A DNA stretch of 64,000 nucleotides from Tubiluchus corallicola (lineage: Eukaryota > Animalia > Priapulida), in contig JAQGDQ010000138.1 in NCBI GenBank assembly GCA_030141605.1, positions 372,001 to 436,000 of the forward strand, given 5' to 3'. The position numbers were made by a program, and so were the translations under genes. Positions 12,889 to 24,250 of the stretch are shown piece by piece (the first letter of the stretch is position 1; the number at the start of each line of letters is the position of its first letter). A model generated the notes under the pieces. It searched no databases, was not told the DNA's origin, and saw only the letters and a program-made list of their open reading frames with translations.

Positions 12889-13128
12889 CTAAACAAGGAC
12901 CAAGAGAGGAAACCACGATGTCTCTTTGATATCGACAAGCAATGAGCTGTAGCTGACACTCTGAGCCATACGTCTGCCCATCAGAACCGCACACTACAAT
13001 AGGTGATTTCTCTGCAGCACAGATCTCAGTTGGGCATACGCATTCGGCAATACCATTTACTTCCTGGCACGATGCACCAAAGTAGCAAGTGAGGTCCGAG
13101 CAAGAAGTTGGGCGTTCTGGTGACTTGG
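12889..13128 (-). CDS. AGRN: agrin FS/Kazal domain 9
   Basis: PTSCSDLTCYFGASC...VVCGSDGQTYGSECQLQLIACRYQRDIVVSSLGPC; 240 nt. Confidence 0.95.
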
Positions 13129-13538
13129 CTAAAACAAAAATCAGTACTAAACTTAAGTAGCATAAAACATTCCATTTTATTTCATGGAAGCTAAGTTATT
13201 CTACCACATAACCATTTGCTAACTGTTAAGGTTAAAGATGAAGAAAAGGGAATTTTAAATTATGTTTCAAAAACTTTCCATACAAACTTACATTGCTTTG
13301 CATTTAAAAACATATGTAACTGGAAAAGAAACTTTCAGGTATTTAAAATGTTCCTTCCTTTGGTAGAAGGGTGAGTCCAAGTACGTTTTATAGAGTGTTG
13401 CTGCTAATACAAGATTAGTTCTGTGCAATAAGACAGCATGTACATGATGCAAAATTTCAGAATGAATTTTTTTAGCTTTATGTAAGAACAGTATTTACTT
13501 GTCATAATTACAACATATCTTGTTTTTTAAGACTGTAC

Positions 13539-13685
13539 CTTTGGCACAACCATTCGGACCTAACATCTCCTCTTCATTTGTGCACTTGTTGCACTTTTGA
13601 CCAGAGACACCATTTCGACAAACACAACGTCCGGTCATTTGCTCGCAATCATCTCGAACAGAGCCAAACTTTGAACACCCGCAAG
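13539..13685 (-). CDS. AGRN: agrin laminin-EGF domain 2
   Basis: PCGCSKFGSVRDDCEQMTGRCVCRNGVSGQKCNKCTNEEEMLGPNGCAK; 147 nt. Confidence 0.95.
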
Positions 13686-14545
13686 CTGAAACAATACATT
13701 ATTCCTGTATTTGTAGTCTGCGGCACTTGAACAGTTTTGCTGCTAAATGCAACTTCATTTTTAACCAAAAGATTTCGGAACAAATGTCTTCCTCAGCAGA
13801 CAGCTAAATATAACAAGATGAAAATTTCTTACAGACAGACCTTTTAAAAATGTTAAAATTTTGTTATAATAATTTAGAAAACACATAAGTATTTATTAAA
13901 AAATTTTGTGATAATTCTTAAAACAAAAGAATAATTAAGAGATTTTTTTAAAATTTTAGTTACAACTGAGCTAAGATAATTTAAAAAGCAACGAAATATT
14001 ATGGTAAAAAATAAAGCAGCATTTAATAACAAACTGATTAACAGCACCAAACAATACTGTGATTTACATACTGAGCCAAACAGATGTGGACGTGCTTTAT
14101 ATTTACACATAGATATCTGGCCAGCAGAACAAAAATATTTTAGTAATTACTAATTTAGGAAATCAAACTGATTGAATTAATTTATTGTCTGTACCTCATT
14201 ACTCGATAGAGCTGCATGCGACCATTTACTATTTAACATACTAAAAGGATTTCTGACTTGATGACCTTTTGTTTGGCTCGGAATCCTCTCACCCTTTTAC
14301 TTATTACTAGCAATTAGGCCCTATTTAAATGTATACTATTCAACTACTACATTTGCTGCAGACTGGTTGTGGTTATTACTGTGTATTATTTTGTAAATGG
14401 AGAAAAATAAATTTTAATTCAATTCAGTTCAATTCAATTTAATCAACATCGACATGTCACAACAAAATGGACAAATCTGGTGCTTGCCTAAAATATTTTG
14501 GCTAAACAGTACTTATGAGACTGAATTTTAGTTTTGACTACTTAC

Positions 14546-14707
14546 GTATACATCCAGTGTTGCCCTGTGCAATTTTAGGCAATCCCCAGAACCCTGGTTC
14601 ACAACGATCACATTTCTTTCCACCAACTCCAGGTTTACATGAACACTGTTCTGTAGCTGGATCACATGTAGTCTGATAAGAACCAAGCTTGTTGCAGTTA
14701 CAGAAAT
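14546..14707 (-). CDS. AGRN: agrin laminin-EGF domain 1
   Basis: [54 protein letters not shown]; ttctag acceptor, gtaagt donor. Confidence 0.95.
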
Positions 14708-14982
14708 CTAGAAAAAATATCAGTCTTTATCTCAAAAAAAGGAAAAGTCAAAAATGTTGCAATATAAACAAAAAAGTTCTGTATCAAAGTATACAGTTAT
14801 GATTGAAAACAAATAGCAAACTGGAGCACTTTGTGAAACAATGCACCTGTAACAATGCAGGTGTGGAACAGATTTACCATTGTTAACTGTGACTCACACT
14901 TCAAGTTTGTTTAAAGCAAATTTTGAGTGAATGGAGAACTTTTAAAATGATCAAGATGAATTACAATAAACAGTAGCACTAG

Positions 14983-15200
14983 TCTAAAGTGACGTTTATG
15001 TAGCTTACGAACGCGGATGCATTTTTCACCTACAGAACAGCCTGCTGAAAAAATCAATAGGAAACAGCTGCAGAAAAAGAATAATGCATACGCAGGCTAC
15101 ATATAAGGATGCATTGAAAACAATATAAACCGATTTTATCTATTCCGCAACCCCAAAATGCATCCGTATCTGCATCCTGCTACATAAACACCACTTTAGA
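14983..15200. mobile_element. small MITE with long imperfect TIRs
   Basis: tctaaagtgacgtttatgtagc...cggatgcatttt pairs with aaaatgcatccg...gctacataaacaccactttaga. Confidence 0.7.
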
Positions 15201-15766
15201 TGGTTATACATATTATTTTCCTCATTTACTTAAAACACTGTTTCAAAAACTCATTTCTTGGTAAACTGAGAAATAACAAAATTAAAAAAATGAAAAGAAT
15301 GCGAAGCTTTGCTATAACACATTTGCAAGCCTCTATCACATTATTTTCTAATCTATGACCTCTTTCTGTAAGCACAGTCTGAAAACTTTACAAGTCTAAC
15401 ACCTATATCAGGCATACTCAGCATTTAAAGTTGCAACTTGTGCCGCTGCCCAACACTTGCACATTTTTAAATATGCCTTAAGGCTATGAAAGAAATATCA
15501 ACCAATAAGATGCCTCGTCAAAAGTGACATAATTCTGAACAAACAGCAATGGGATCTAAACTAACCCATGTCACAAAATTACATAACTTACTGTAATATC
15601 ACTAATATGAATTAATTTGGTACAGCCAGAGTTGTACAAAAAATTAAGTCTTGCCCAAAATTTACCAAAGTTACAGTAAATGAACAAAATAACATTGACC
15701 TATGATTTTGAAAAAAAGTTGTGCTACATGACCTACAATTTTCAAAAAATATTGTTCTATAGCTTA

Positions 15767-16222
15767 GGGGCCATCCACATATAATGATATCAAGTTTTTG
15801 GCCGATTTCGAGTCTACCTTGCATTGTAATGTTGTTATCATGCTCACCACCTACACACCCCTTATATTGATGTCACACCGATGTAGCTTTTTGTATATTT
15901 TATTCTTCCTCTTCCCAAGGACAGGCGACAACATCACTTGTATTAATTAATGGGAAACCATCAGTGGATTTTACCGGCATCGGCAGCGGAGGCGGTGGCA
16001 GCCCCAATTTACTGAACTCGTTCTCATCGACCCATTATGCAGAATCCTCCTCCTGACAGCCGATTACAACCAGCCATTCCTTCTTCTGCATCCCTACCAG
16101 ACATGAAGTCAGATAACGATATCATGACTAAATCACCTACATACCTTGCAATATAATGGCATTATCAAGTTTCCTGCCACCCACCTACACTAAACTTGAT
16201 ATTGTTAATTATGAATGGCTCC
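15767..16222. mobile_element. PIF/Harbinger-like MITE
   Basis: TTA|GGGGCCATCCACATA ... TATGAATGGCTCC|TTA: TIRs with a 3-bp TTA TSD. Confidence 0.6.
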
Positions 16223-16322
16223 TTAAATCATAAACTAACCCTTCGTATCATGAATAGCATTAATAATGTCACATGATTTTTATTTACAGGAACATGCATT
16301 ATTAAACGAAAATTTATGGTAC

Positions 16323-16415
16323 CTGGACAACCTCTGCCACCAGGTGCTGGTGCTGCAGTGCGACCATCTGGACAACATCCATAAGTACTTTCAGCACAGT
16401 TTCTGATTGTTTGCT
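16323..16415 (-). CDS. AGRN: agrin GCCPDG segment preceding the laminin-EGF domains
   Basis: EQTIRNCAESTYGCCPDGRTAAPAPGGRGCP; 93 nt, phase 1-1. Confidence 0.93.
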
Positions 16416-17568
16416 CTAAAATAACAAACTTAATTGCTTACCAAATAATGAATCAGAAAAAACACATATCAAATTACAGAAGCAGAAACTCACAGATTTC
16501 TTAAAAACCAGTTATGCTGGTAGAGATTTATACCTCGACAAATTAAAATAACTACTGACTACTGACTACAGTTAAAATTTGTACTTCTCTCGCTCGCCAG
16601 TTTTTTTTATAATGGTTTTTTTTTACTCTGTTCCGAAAAGATGCAGGTATGAACATTCGATTAATTCTGACAAGCATGGGTGTCTGCTAGGTGTGGCAAA
16701 CAAGTCATTTGACCCCTCTAGGATCAGTCTTCTTAAATAATATAATTAATTCCCTAAGGAGTGTCGGGACTCGGAAATTTCTATTCTCTGCCCCACTCAG
16801 TAGTACAGTAAATTACCCGATATAAGCTATTGTCAATCTTGGTTAAAATGGTCAGGCCCGGCTGTGAAGTGGTCACTATGAACAGTGAAGCTTAGGACAA
16901 ATCACAGCCGTTGATACAAAGGAAAGGATTAACGTCTTCAGCGGCGGCAAAACCAGGCAGTCCCGGGTCATACGAGTTCACATTTATCATTTTATCTGAA
17001 AAGTTTTTTCTTTTTCTTTTGGAACCCGCTATTTTTATGTCGTAATTTTTATGATTTTTGCTCACAAGAGCTTGCAAGAACTCCAATCCCCTCCAGTCTG
17101 GAGCCCCCTGCTCATGAATGTTACTTTTACCATTAATTATATAATATGGTTCGTTTCATTTAAACGCCAGAATCAATTAGATGTTGCCTGACCCCACCCC
17201 CACTACACCATATGAGGGCTCAAGGGTATGATAAGTTTAAGCAATAATTGTGATAGTAGGAGTATATCCCTTTGCCCCCCCCCTTGGAAAAGTTGCAATG
17301 GATGCCCTTGCCGACAAGTAAATTAAAACAGAAGCTAAAATGTGAGATGAAGAAAGCGACTTGGTGGAATTATGCACTTGTGTAACTTCATATGAAACAG
17401 AACAATAAGTGTAAACCATCACAATATTAGCAGACAAACTGATTTGTATAAATCTTATATATTTTACTGTCTAGCTTTTATCACCACTAATACCATATCA
17501 TTAAATATAGCAGGTCAAAAATGTAGAACAGATAACATCAACAAGAACGGATATGGAGTGAGCCTCAC

Positions 17569-17724
17569 CCTCCCGACAGCATTTTGCAAATACGCCAACA
17601 AGGGAGTGGCAGTAAGAACGGGGAGGGCAATCAACATGGAGTTCTCCTGGCCCACAGTACAGCTCCTCCCCAGTGACCGGATGTTGCAATGGCTGGTCAC
17701 CGTCACAAGCAATCTCCTCAAGTT
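17569..17724 (-). CDS. AGRN: agrin Lustrin/WR1-like cysteine module
   Basis: ELEEIACDGDQPLQHPVTGEELYCGPGELHVDCPPRSYCHSLVGVFAKCCRE; tag acceptor, gtgagg donor; 156 nt, phase 1-1. Confidence 0.9.
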
Positions 17725-18387
17725 CTATACGGTGCAAAAATAAACACATGCATACTAAGCCAAGGTTAATGTGCAAATAAATTATTAAAAAGCATGATCA
17801 GAAATTGCTTAAATAATCTGCTGTTTGTTTGGCCTGCTGACCACCAGACAAGCTGATATAATCAGCTGAAGCAGATTAACTGTCACTTTCTGATCATCGC
17901 ATACGTGCATCAAATCTTAAAAACCTAATTAAAAATAAACAATAACCCACCACTGCTTAATAAGGTTTTAACAAACACTGAATGCAATAATACTGATTAA
18001 ATTTATTAATAAAAATAGACATTTTTAAAGCTACATTTGTATTTATAAATATTGTAATAATCATGCAATATTATCTGCCACCAAAGTGTTAACCAACCAA
18101 ATGAAAGGAATTATTAGCAATTAAGTTAAGGCAAGTTAACATAACACGTAAGTTTGCAGTTAATGTTATTAATTAGAAAAAATAAACTTGCAATTTGCAA
18201 AGCACTGAAAAACTAAAAATTCACAACCTTATGACCAAAAAATATAACTAATATAATTTCCATGCAAAATTATAATTCAGGGGATCAACATTGATTTCTA
18301 CCATGAATTGCAAAATGTTATTTTTAAACAGTCACCCAGGCAAGTTTTGCTAGAATGCTACTAAAACAATGTTTATAACTATCATAC

Positions 18388-18615
18388 CTTCGCACTGATC
18401 AAGGCTGACAACAGTGATTTCTTTCTGCAGTCTACAAGCTTCGCGTCTCATTTCACATTCGTTACCGTACAATTTTCTATCTGAGCCACACACAGACTCT
18501 CTGAAGGCATTACAAGGAAAGTTGCACATGCACTTCTTAGTACCATCACTGTCCAGTTTACATTCACCACCGAACTTACAGCTGTCTTCATCGCACAAAA
18601 ATCCTGAGCCAAAAT
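18388..18615 (-). CDS. AGRN: agrin FS/Kazal domain 8
   Basis: DFGSGFLCDEDSCKFGGEC...VCGSDRKLYGNECEMRREAC; 228 nt. Confidence 0.95.
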
Positions 18616-19742
18616 CTGAAAGTGAAATGCAATAGATAACTTCCTAAAGTAAAAGTGTAGTAAATGTTGTTTTAACATGCAATATAAATAAAAATACGAT
18701 TTCGTGAGACCATACCTGCTAAAAATTTTCATATCTTCTTTCTGTATATATCTCAAAGCATTGTAATTACAAAAGAGTGTAAAGCTGGCTCATTTCATTA
18801 AAAGTGAAAATTGTTGCCGACCAGTGTGTATGGATACAAAATTGCATAACATTGAATCTTACTGTAATTTAGGTTTCATAATGTAACAGTTGCTTTCAGG
18901 CTAGAACAATGGTCGTGTTTTATGTAAAAAGGTTATCTGAAAAACTAGACACTTTTCTGCACAGACTTTGAAAGAAGAATATAGTTTGCCCTATGTTGTT
19001 AGCATTTTAAGAAGAATAATGTTTTAGTCAGTGTTTTAGTTCTTGTTTTGTTACTGAAAGATTAATTTCCAGCAATGTAAAATTCTCTTATATACTGTCT
19101 TCATAGAAGGAATAAAATGTCGTGCTACTAGCAGAATTTTAAAAATGCATCAAAAGACAATTACAAAACAAGCAAAAGATTCATAGAAAGATAAGGATTT
19201 ATGAGTTAAAATGAGGATTTATGAACATCACAAAGAATGAATCATATTAGAAAGGAATTTCCTGTACTTCGAGTTTGATGATAAGTGACGTAATCATGTA
19301 AACAGGAACAAATTCAGAACATCCTGGGAATAACGGCCTCCCACACAAGTTCATCCAAATTATATGGGGCACTTCCACAATTATTTTATCTACCTGTAAA
19401 GTGCAATCTGTAAATTCAAAAACAAAATTGCAAAATTTCTATCAGAAATCCCAATGACTTTCAGTTTTCTGATAGTCCAGTTACTTTTATAGACAGGATG
19501 CGGGTTATTGTAGCAATAAGTAAAGCACTCAACTTTCTTTTCTAGCTGTTATAGTTCCGACTTTATCTGTCCAATAAGATACTACGTGAAGTCGTGAAGC
19601 AAATTTAAATAAGCTTACTCAGCTAGTAATAAGAATTGCATCAAAGCAGTGATAACAGGGAAAATGTTGGTCGAGTACAACTATTTACTAAACGGTCAAC
19701 AGTGCAATAAATTAAAGCATTAATCCCGAATTGTTTACTAAA

Positions 19743-19800
19743 ATGAAGTATGTGTTATTTATGATAGTATTATCAATAGTGCACTATGTCATTTTAACAG
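19743..19800 (+). CDS. nested antisense gene exon 1: signal peptide MKYVLFMIVLSIVHYVILT
   Basis: aaaATG start, 19 mostly hydrophobic codons, consensus CAG|GTGAGT phase-1 donor. Confidence 0.82.
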
Positions 19801-20165
19801 GTGAGTACCATATATAAGCTTGACTTGACACATCTAAATAATGCAACACTGCTAGTAAGATAACAATTAACTGTCTAAGTTTTCCACAGTAAATAAACTG
19901 TCTCCTAATTACAATTCCCAATTTTAAGAGGTGTGAGCTTTTTTTGATTTTTTTATTTCAAATAGCTGGAATTTTAATGGAACCATCACATGTTGAGGCA
20001 ATTTTATTTCTCCTAATTTACAAGTATTCTTTTGCAGTTCTACATCAATGAAAATGTATTGTGTTATACACTATACTAATGCTATTAACACAGTTGAGTT
20101 TCAAGCTATTTGATGTACCAAAAAAGTAGTAAATTAATGTGTAACACATTTCTTTGCCAATGTAG

Positions 20166-20274
20166 AGGGTAAAAGGGAAAAAAGAGGAACATTCAAATAC
20201 TTGGGAGGTTCAGGATGCGTATGCTGGAGAAATCCTTGTTCAGGAATTCACTGCGCACATGGAGAACGATGCAG
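20166..20274 (+). CDS. nested antisense gene exon 2: propeptide/furin site and Cys-rich core
   Basis: Acceptor ttctttgccaatgtag; EGKREKRGTFKYLGGSGCVCWRNPCSGIHCAHGERC; CAG|GTATGC phase-2 donor. Confidence 0.82.
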
Positions 20275-20435
20275 GTATGCATAATCAAGTAAAAAACTTT
20301 TCCAAAGCAGACTGGCAACTGTATAAAAAAATATAATGAGTCTGTCAAGCAGTTCTAGACTAACAGTGTGTATGATAATTTAAAAGAATCAAAATATTGT
20401 ATTTATTACTGTAAAACTTGATTTATTTGGTTCAG

Positions 20436-20616
20436 AAAGTCACGTTGCTGTGAAGGCATGTGTGTACCAAAAAAGCATCGCAGGCCACGTTTGAAGCATT
20501 CAACAAACCACTTAACAAAAGATGAGGGAATTTTGGAAGAAAAAAAACTAACACAATTTTTCAGTAATTGGTTAGAAAATGTGATTCACAAAAAATGTCA
20601 CAGCAGCCAAACTTAG
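20436..20616 (+). CDS. nested antisense gene exon 3: end of Cys core, basic linker and C-terminal tail
   Basis: Acceptor tttatttggttcag, phase 2; RKSRCCEGMCVPKKHRRPRLKHSTNHLTKDEGILEEKKLTQFFSNWLENVIHKKCHSSQT*; TAG at 20614-20616. Confidence 0.8.
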
Positions 20617-21077
20617 CTTTACCTTTCCTTGTTAACGGAAAGTACTATAACTGAATACTGATTGCTTATTATTTATGAAGTAAACACTATTGAAGAAATC
20701 AAGTGTATAAATATGTGTACAAAACTGAGGATATAATCAAACTTTGCTACGTTAGCAAAATCTGAAAATTTTTTTAATCTACATTGTTTTGTACTAGAGT
20801 TATAGTAATTTATAGCACGCTACATAAAGGCTGAAAATAATGCTGAAGATGCAATATACTGTTTAACTACAAATACATATTTCTTGTGCCTGTTGCCAGG
20901 AATATAATTTTACTGATAATATTGAGTGCAACTTGGAAACAGTTGTGGAAAAGCAATGACATGCTGTATCTGTATACCTGTGAGCTCAAAAAGTGAAAAA
21001 AATTTGAAATGTGTATTCCTGAATTTAAGTTTAAGTTTTAAAACTCAAGTTATTTAAGGAGTATGTTCAAAGATGAA

Positions 21078-21083
21078 AATAAA
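21078..21083 (+). terminator. candidate polyadenylation signal of the nested gene
   Basis: AATAAA about 460 nt downstream of the stop codon; the context is AT-rich, so specificity is weak. Confidence 0.3.
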
Positions 21084-21129
21084 AATTCACAGTGGAAGCT
21101 TCCTGGTGTAGTCTTCCATTTCTCCTTAA

Positions 21130-21828
21130 CTCCTTCAGGACCGTAAGCGATTGCAGCATTATGCATGGGTTCATGAAAAACTGCTCTCACTAAGCAGTGA
21201 TTACGTTATATTTGATAATTTGTAGGTTTTTTTCTACTCTTCGCACAATGGTCCTTCATGCAAAATTATAATATGAAATTCACTTGCTTACTTTAGACAA
21301 ATTAAATATCGATTTTTGACGAAAATATTGAAAAATATTTGCACCCTAACAATGTACAGTATCACTTGTGTGGAAACGGCAAATGCAGAAAGTTTCAACT
21401 ATCCAGACACAACACTCTGATAGACTTTGGCATCAAGTCTCCTCTGTTTTTAATGAGAAATTCCTGTTAAAAGACGAAATGACCTTAATTTGTCATTGGC
21501 TGATTGGTTGGTTTTTCCTGGAATAGCAACCAACTTGGTCTGTAGCAAGCAGGCGATCAAGTGTGTAGGATCACGCAAGTGTAAACCAGAGTAAGCCAGA
21601 CTAAGTTACTCGAGAGGCTAAGTCGGAGTGCCTGAAAAGGGCGTGATCTTTTCAATTTTAACCAACTAAATCACTTACAAGTGCTTAAACAAATAGCTTG
21701 AATGGATAGCCGCGATTCTCCTTAATAGAACAGCGCCTAATTTGTACCTAACGTTTGTGCCCATACAGTAGCAGAAAACTCATCTAGGTCTTATAAAATT
21801 TATTTTGAACAGTGCAGTCCTAAAGGAG
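21130..21828. mobile_element. piggyBac-like MITE, copy 2
   Basis: TTAA|CTCCTTCAGGACCG ... AGTCCTAAAGGAG|TTAG; shares internal blocks such as tcatgaaaaactgctctcactaagcag and ctgtagcaagcaggcgatcaa with copy 1. Confidence 0.85.
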
Positions 21829-21973
21829 TTAGAAGTGGTTGGATTAATGAAAGAATCCCATGGATAAGAAACAAGTAAAAACACACTTGTTTTACACTAT
21901 TTTTTCTTTGTTTCTTAATTGTGGGATTTTTTTCATTAATTTCGCTGTTCTAGATTTACATTAACTAGTTTAC

Positions 21974-22195
21974 CTCCAGAACCAGACACTTCAAGATCAT
22001 CACACTCGCCATAGTGCAGTACTTCCACTTCTTGACCATGAATGCAAACAAGTCTCCCTAGATGGCACTCATTGTCATATGTGACCATATCTGTTCCGCA
22101 TACTGGTCTGTAGTCATCAGGACAAATAGTACGACAGACACACTGGCCAGTATCACATACCGCACCAAACTTACAGCTGATATCTCGACATGATT
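21974..22195 (-). CDS. AGRN: agrin FS/Kazal domain 7 plus SGSG glycosaminoglycan site
   Basis: ESCRDISCKFGAVCDTGQCVC...VCGTDMVTYDNECHLGRLVC...ECDDLEVSGSG; 222 nt; not in the ORF track. Confidence 0.93.
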
Positions 22196-22254
22196 CTGAA
22201 ATAAAATAACCTGAATGACAGTACTGTCATAACAAATAAATGATAATAAATATA

Positions 22255-22938
22255 CAGTAGGTGCCGCTTAATAGACTCACTTTGGGGCAGATTTTGACCT
22301 AATTAACCGACTCAGTCATTTAGCTGAAGGTTTAGTATAGTACTACTATACAAGTATGAGTCATCACTCATCGCCTTAGTATGCATTGCAAAGACTTTAA
22401 ATGAATCTTAGAAACGAATTAATGTCAAACATACCTATGTGCAATTACTTAACAAGCATAATTTATATAAATGAATTATCAAAAGAAAAAATCCATTAAA
22501 AATTACAAAAATTCATGCAAGGTCGGGGGTTGCTTCATTTCTTCATGAAGAAGTTTGTTTACGAAATTCTCATACTAATAAAAACATTGAAATCTGTTAC
22601 TGTATGCTGCACATATTCACGCAAGTGATAAATGTTTAGCCTTCTGGAAACAACGAGATTAATTGCAGCGGACAAGCGGGTGATAGACAAAGCAAAACCA
22701 CTATGCTAACATATTGATGCATATTAATAATGTACTGTAAAGTTGTACTTAACGTGACTATTTCTGCTTACATTATAGCACACAAAATCGATGTAAAGAT
22801 GACATAAAAACAGCAAAAACTCTTTGGGCACACACAAGTATCTTATCTTAAGTGCCGGAAGTAAAATATAGAGTCAGTTATGCAGAGTTATTCGAGTCAA
22901 TTACTGACAGTTTTTGTCTACTAAACGGTTTTCCACTG
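22255..22938. mobile_element. Tc1/pogo(Tigger)-like MITE
   Basis: TA|CAGTAGGTGCCGCTTAATAGAC ... GTCTACTAAACGGTTTTCCACTG|TA. Confidence 0.6.
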
Positions 22939-24059
22939 TACTAAACAACTCAAGCATAACATCAATCATTCTCGCTGACTGCACAATCAGCCTGCAAGAT
23001 TTTTCACACCCCTACAGAGCTTACTTAATGCCGTTGGGCTTTGGGATATTAAGCTGCAGCTAAGTATTGCTGGGCATCTAATACTGTTGTGAAAAAATGC
23101 TCAGCTTTTCATTAGTTAGCAGAAGCAATATTGGCCTGTTTCTAGATTTTATTATTGTCAATTGAAATTGCAAGTCAATTAGTGGAAATATATAGTCTAG
23201 TTTCGTTTATTATAGGAAGAAGTGCACAATGTTTATGAGTCGCTGATTAAACTGTTTTGCTATCAATAAAATATGCAGTTTACTTTAGTTTATGACTTAG
23301 ATAAAAAAAAGGATTTGATTAACATTAAAAAAGGACAAACTAACCTAACAAGCTTATATTTTGTACACTTTTACTCAGAACGTCAACTTTTACTAGCTTT
23401 TATTGCCTTTAAATAATAATAATTAATAGACAATAATTGAAATATTGGACTTATGAGTCTGTATTGACGTCAAAGACCTTATTCCGCTTTTAATAATTTA
23501 ATTTTAATATAATGTAAACTATGTATTATATTGTATAATGTGTCTATTTGTGAATATGGAAATAAACTTAAAATTAAAAAGAAATTAAAAAATTTTAAGG
23601 TTAGACCGATGATGCTGCTCTAACGTTTGCAAACATCAAATGGCCTACCGGAAAAAAGCTGAAAAAAATTATAACTTCAGATCATTGAAGCCCGAGTTAG
23701 CAGGTACAAATGATGTAAAAGTTACAGCCTGTGCACCTCCAAGTAGGTCTGCGCATGTTGTAAAGAAAAAGCTAGTCGGCCTTGGTCAGCAATAGATGAG
23801 GCCTAGCCGCAGAGTTGAACTCATCCACGAGAATCTGTGACAACTGTCATGATTACGAGTAAGCGAGCACACTCATGGAAACCCCATATTTAAGCAAAAT
23901 GTTTTCAGAAATTTTCAAGCCAAATGTTTTCTTTTCCGGCCAGTTTTTATAAACCTCAATAAAATCTTCGCGGTTCAAATTAATTCAAACATGGTCAAAA
24001 TTTATATTATATACCAACGAAATATTAGTTAATAATATGCTATTTTTCTGGTTATAGTC

Positions 24060-24250
24060 ATGGTTAAAAGATGCCATTGGCACTTATGTAACTCGGGTAG
24101 TTGATATAATGGTCGTTCATGGAATGGAACAACAAATTTATTCCATTTCCGTAGCCTAACAAAAGGAAAAATACAAAAACTGGATAAATCTTGCAGACGA
24201 GCACATGATCAGTTAAACACAGAAAAAATACATCTCAGGCATGATATGTT
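24060..24250 (+). mobile_element. degenerate THAP zinc-finger relic of a DNA transposon
   Basis: MVKRCHWHLCNSGS*Y..., FIPFP in a shifted frame, then SCRRAHDQLNTEKI; contains stops and frameshifts. Confidence 0.65.

Noticed and set aside
17444-18635. Plus-strand ORFs 17444-17743 and 18414-18635 (also 11741-11953 and 29841-30095)
   Set aside because: Antisense shadows of agrin exons with no independent splice or protein features.
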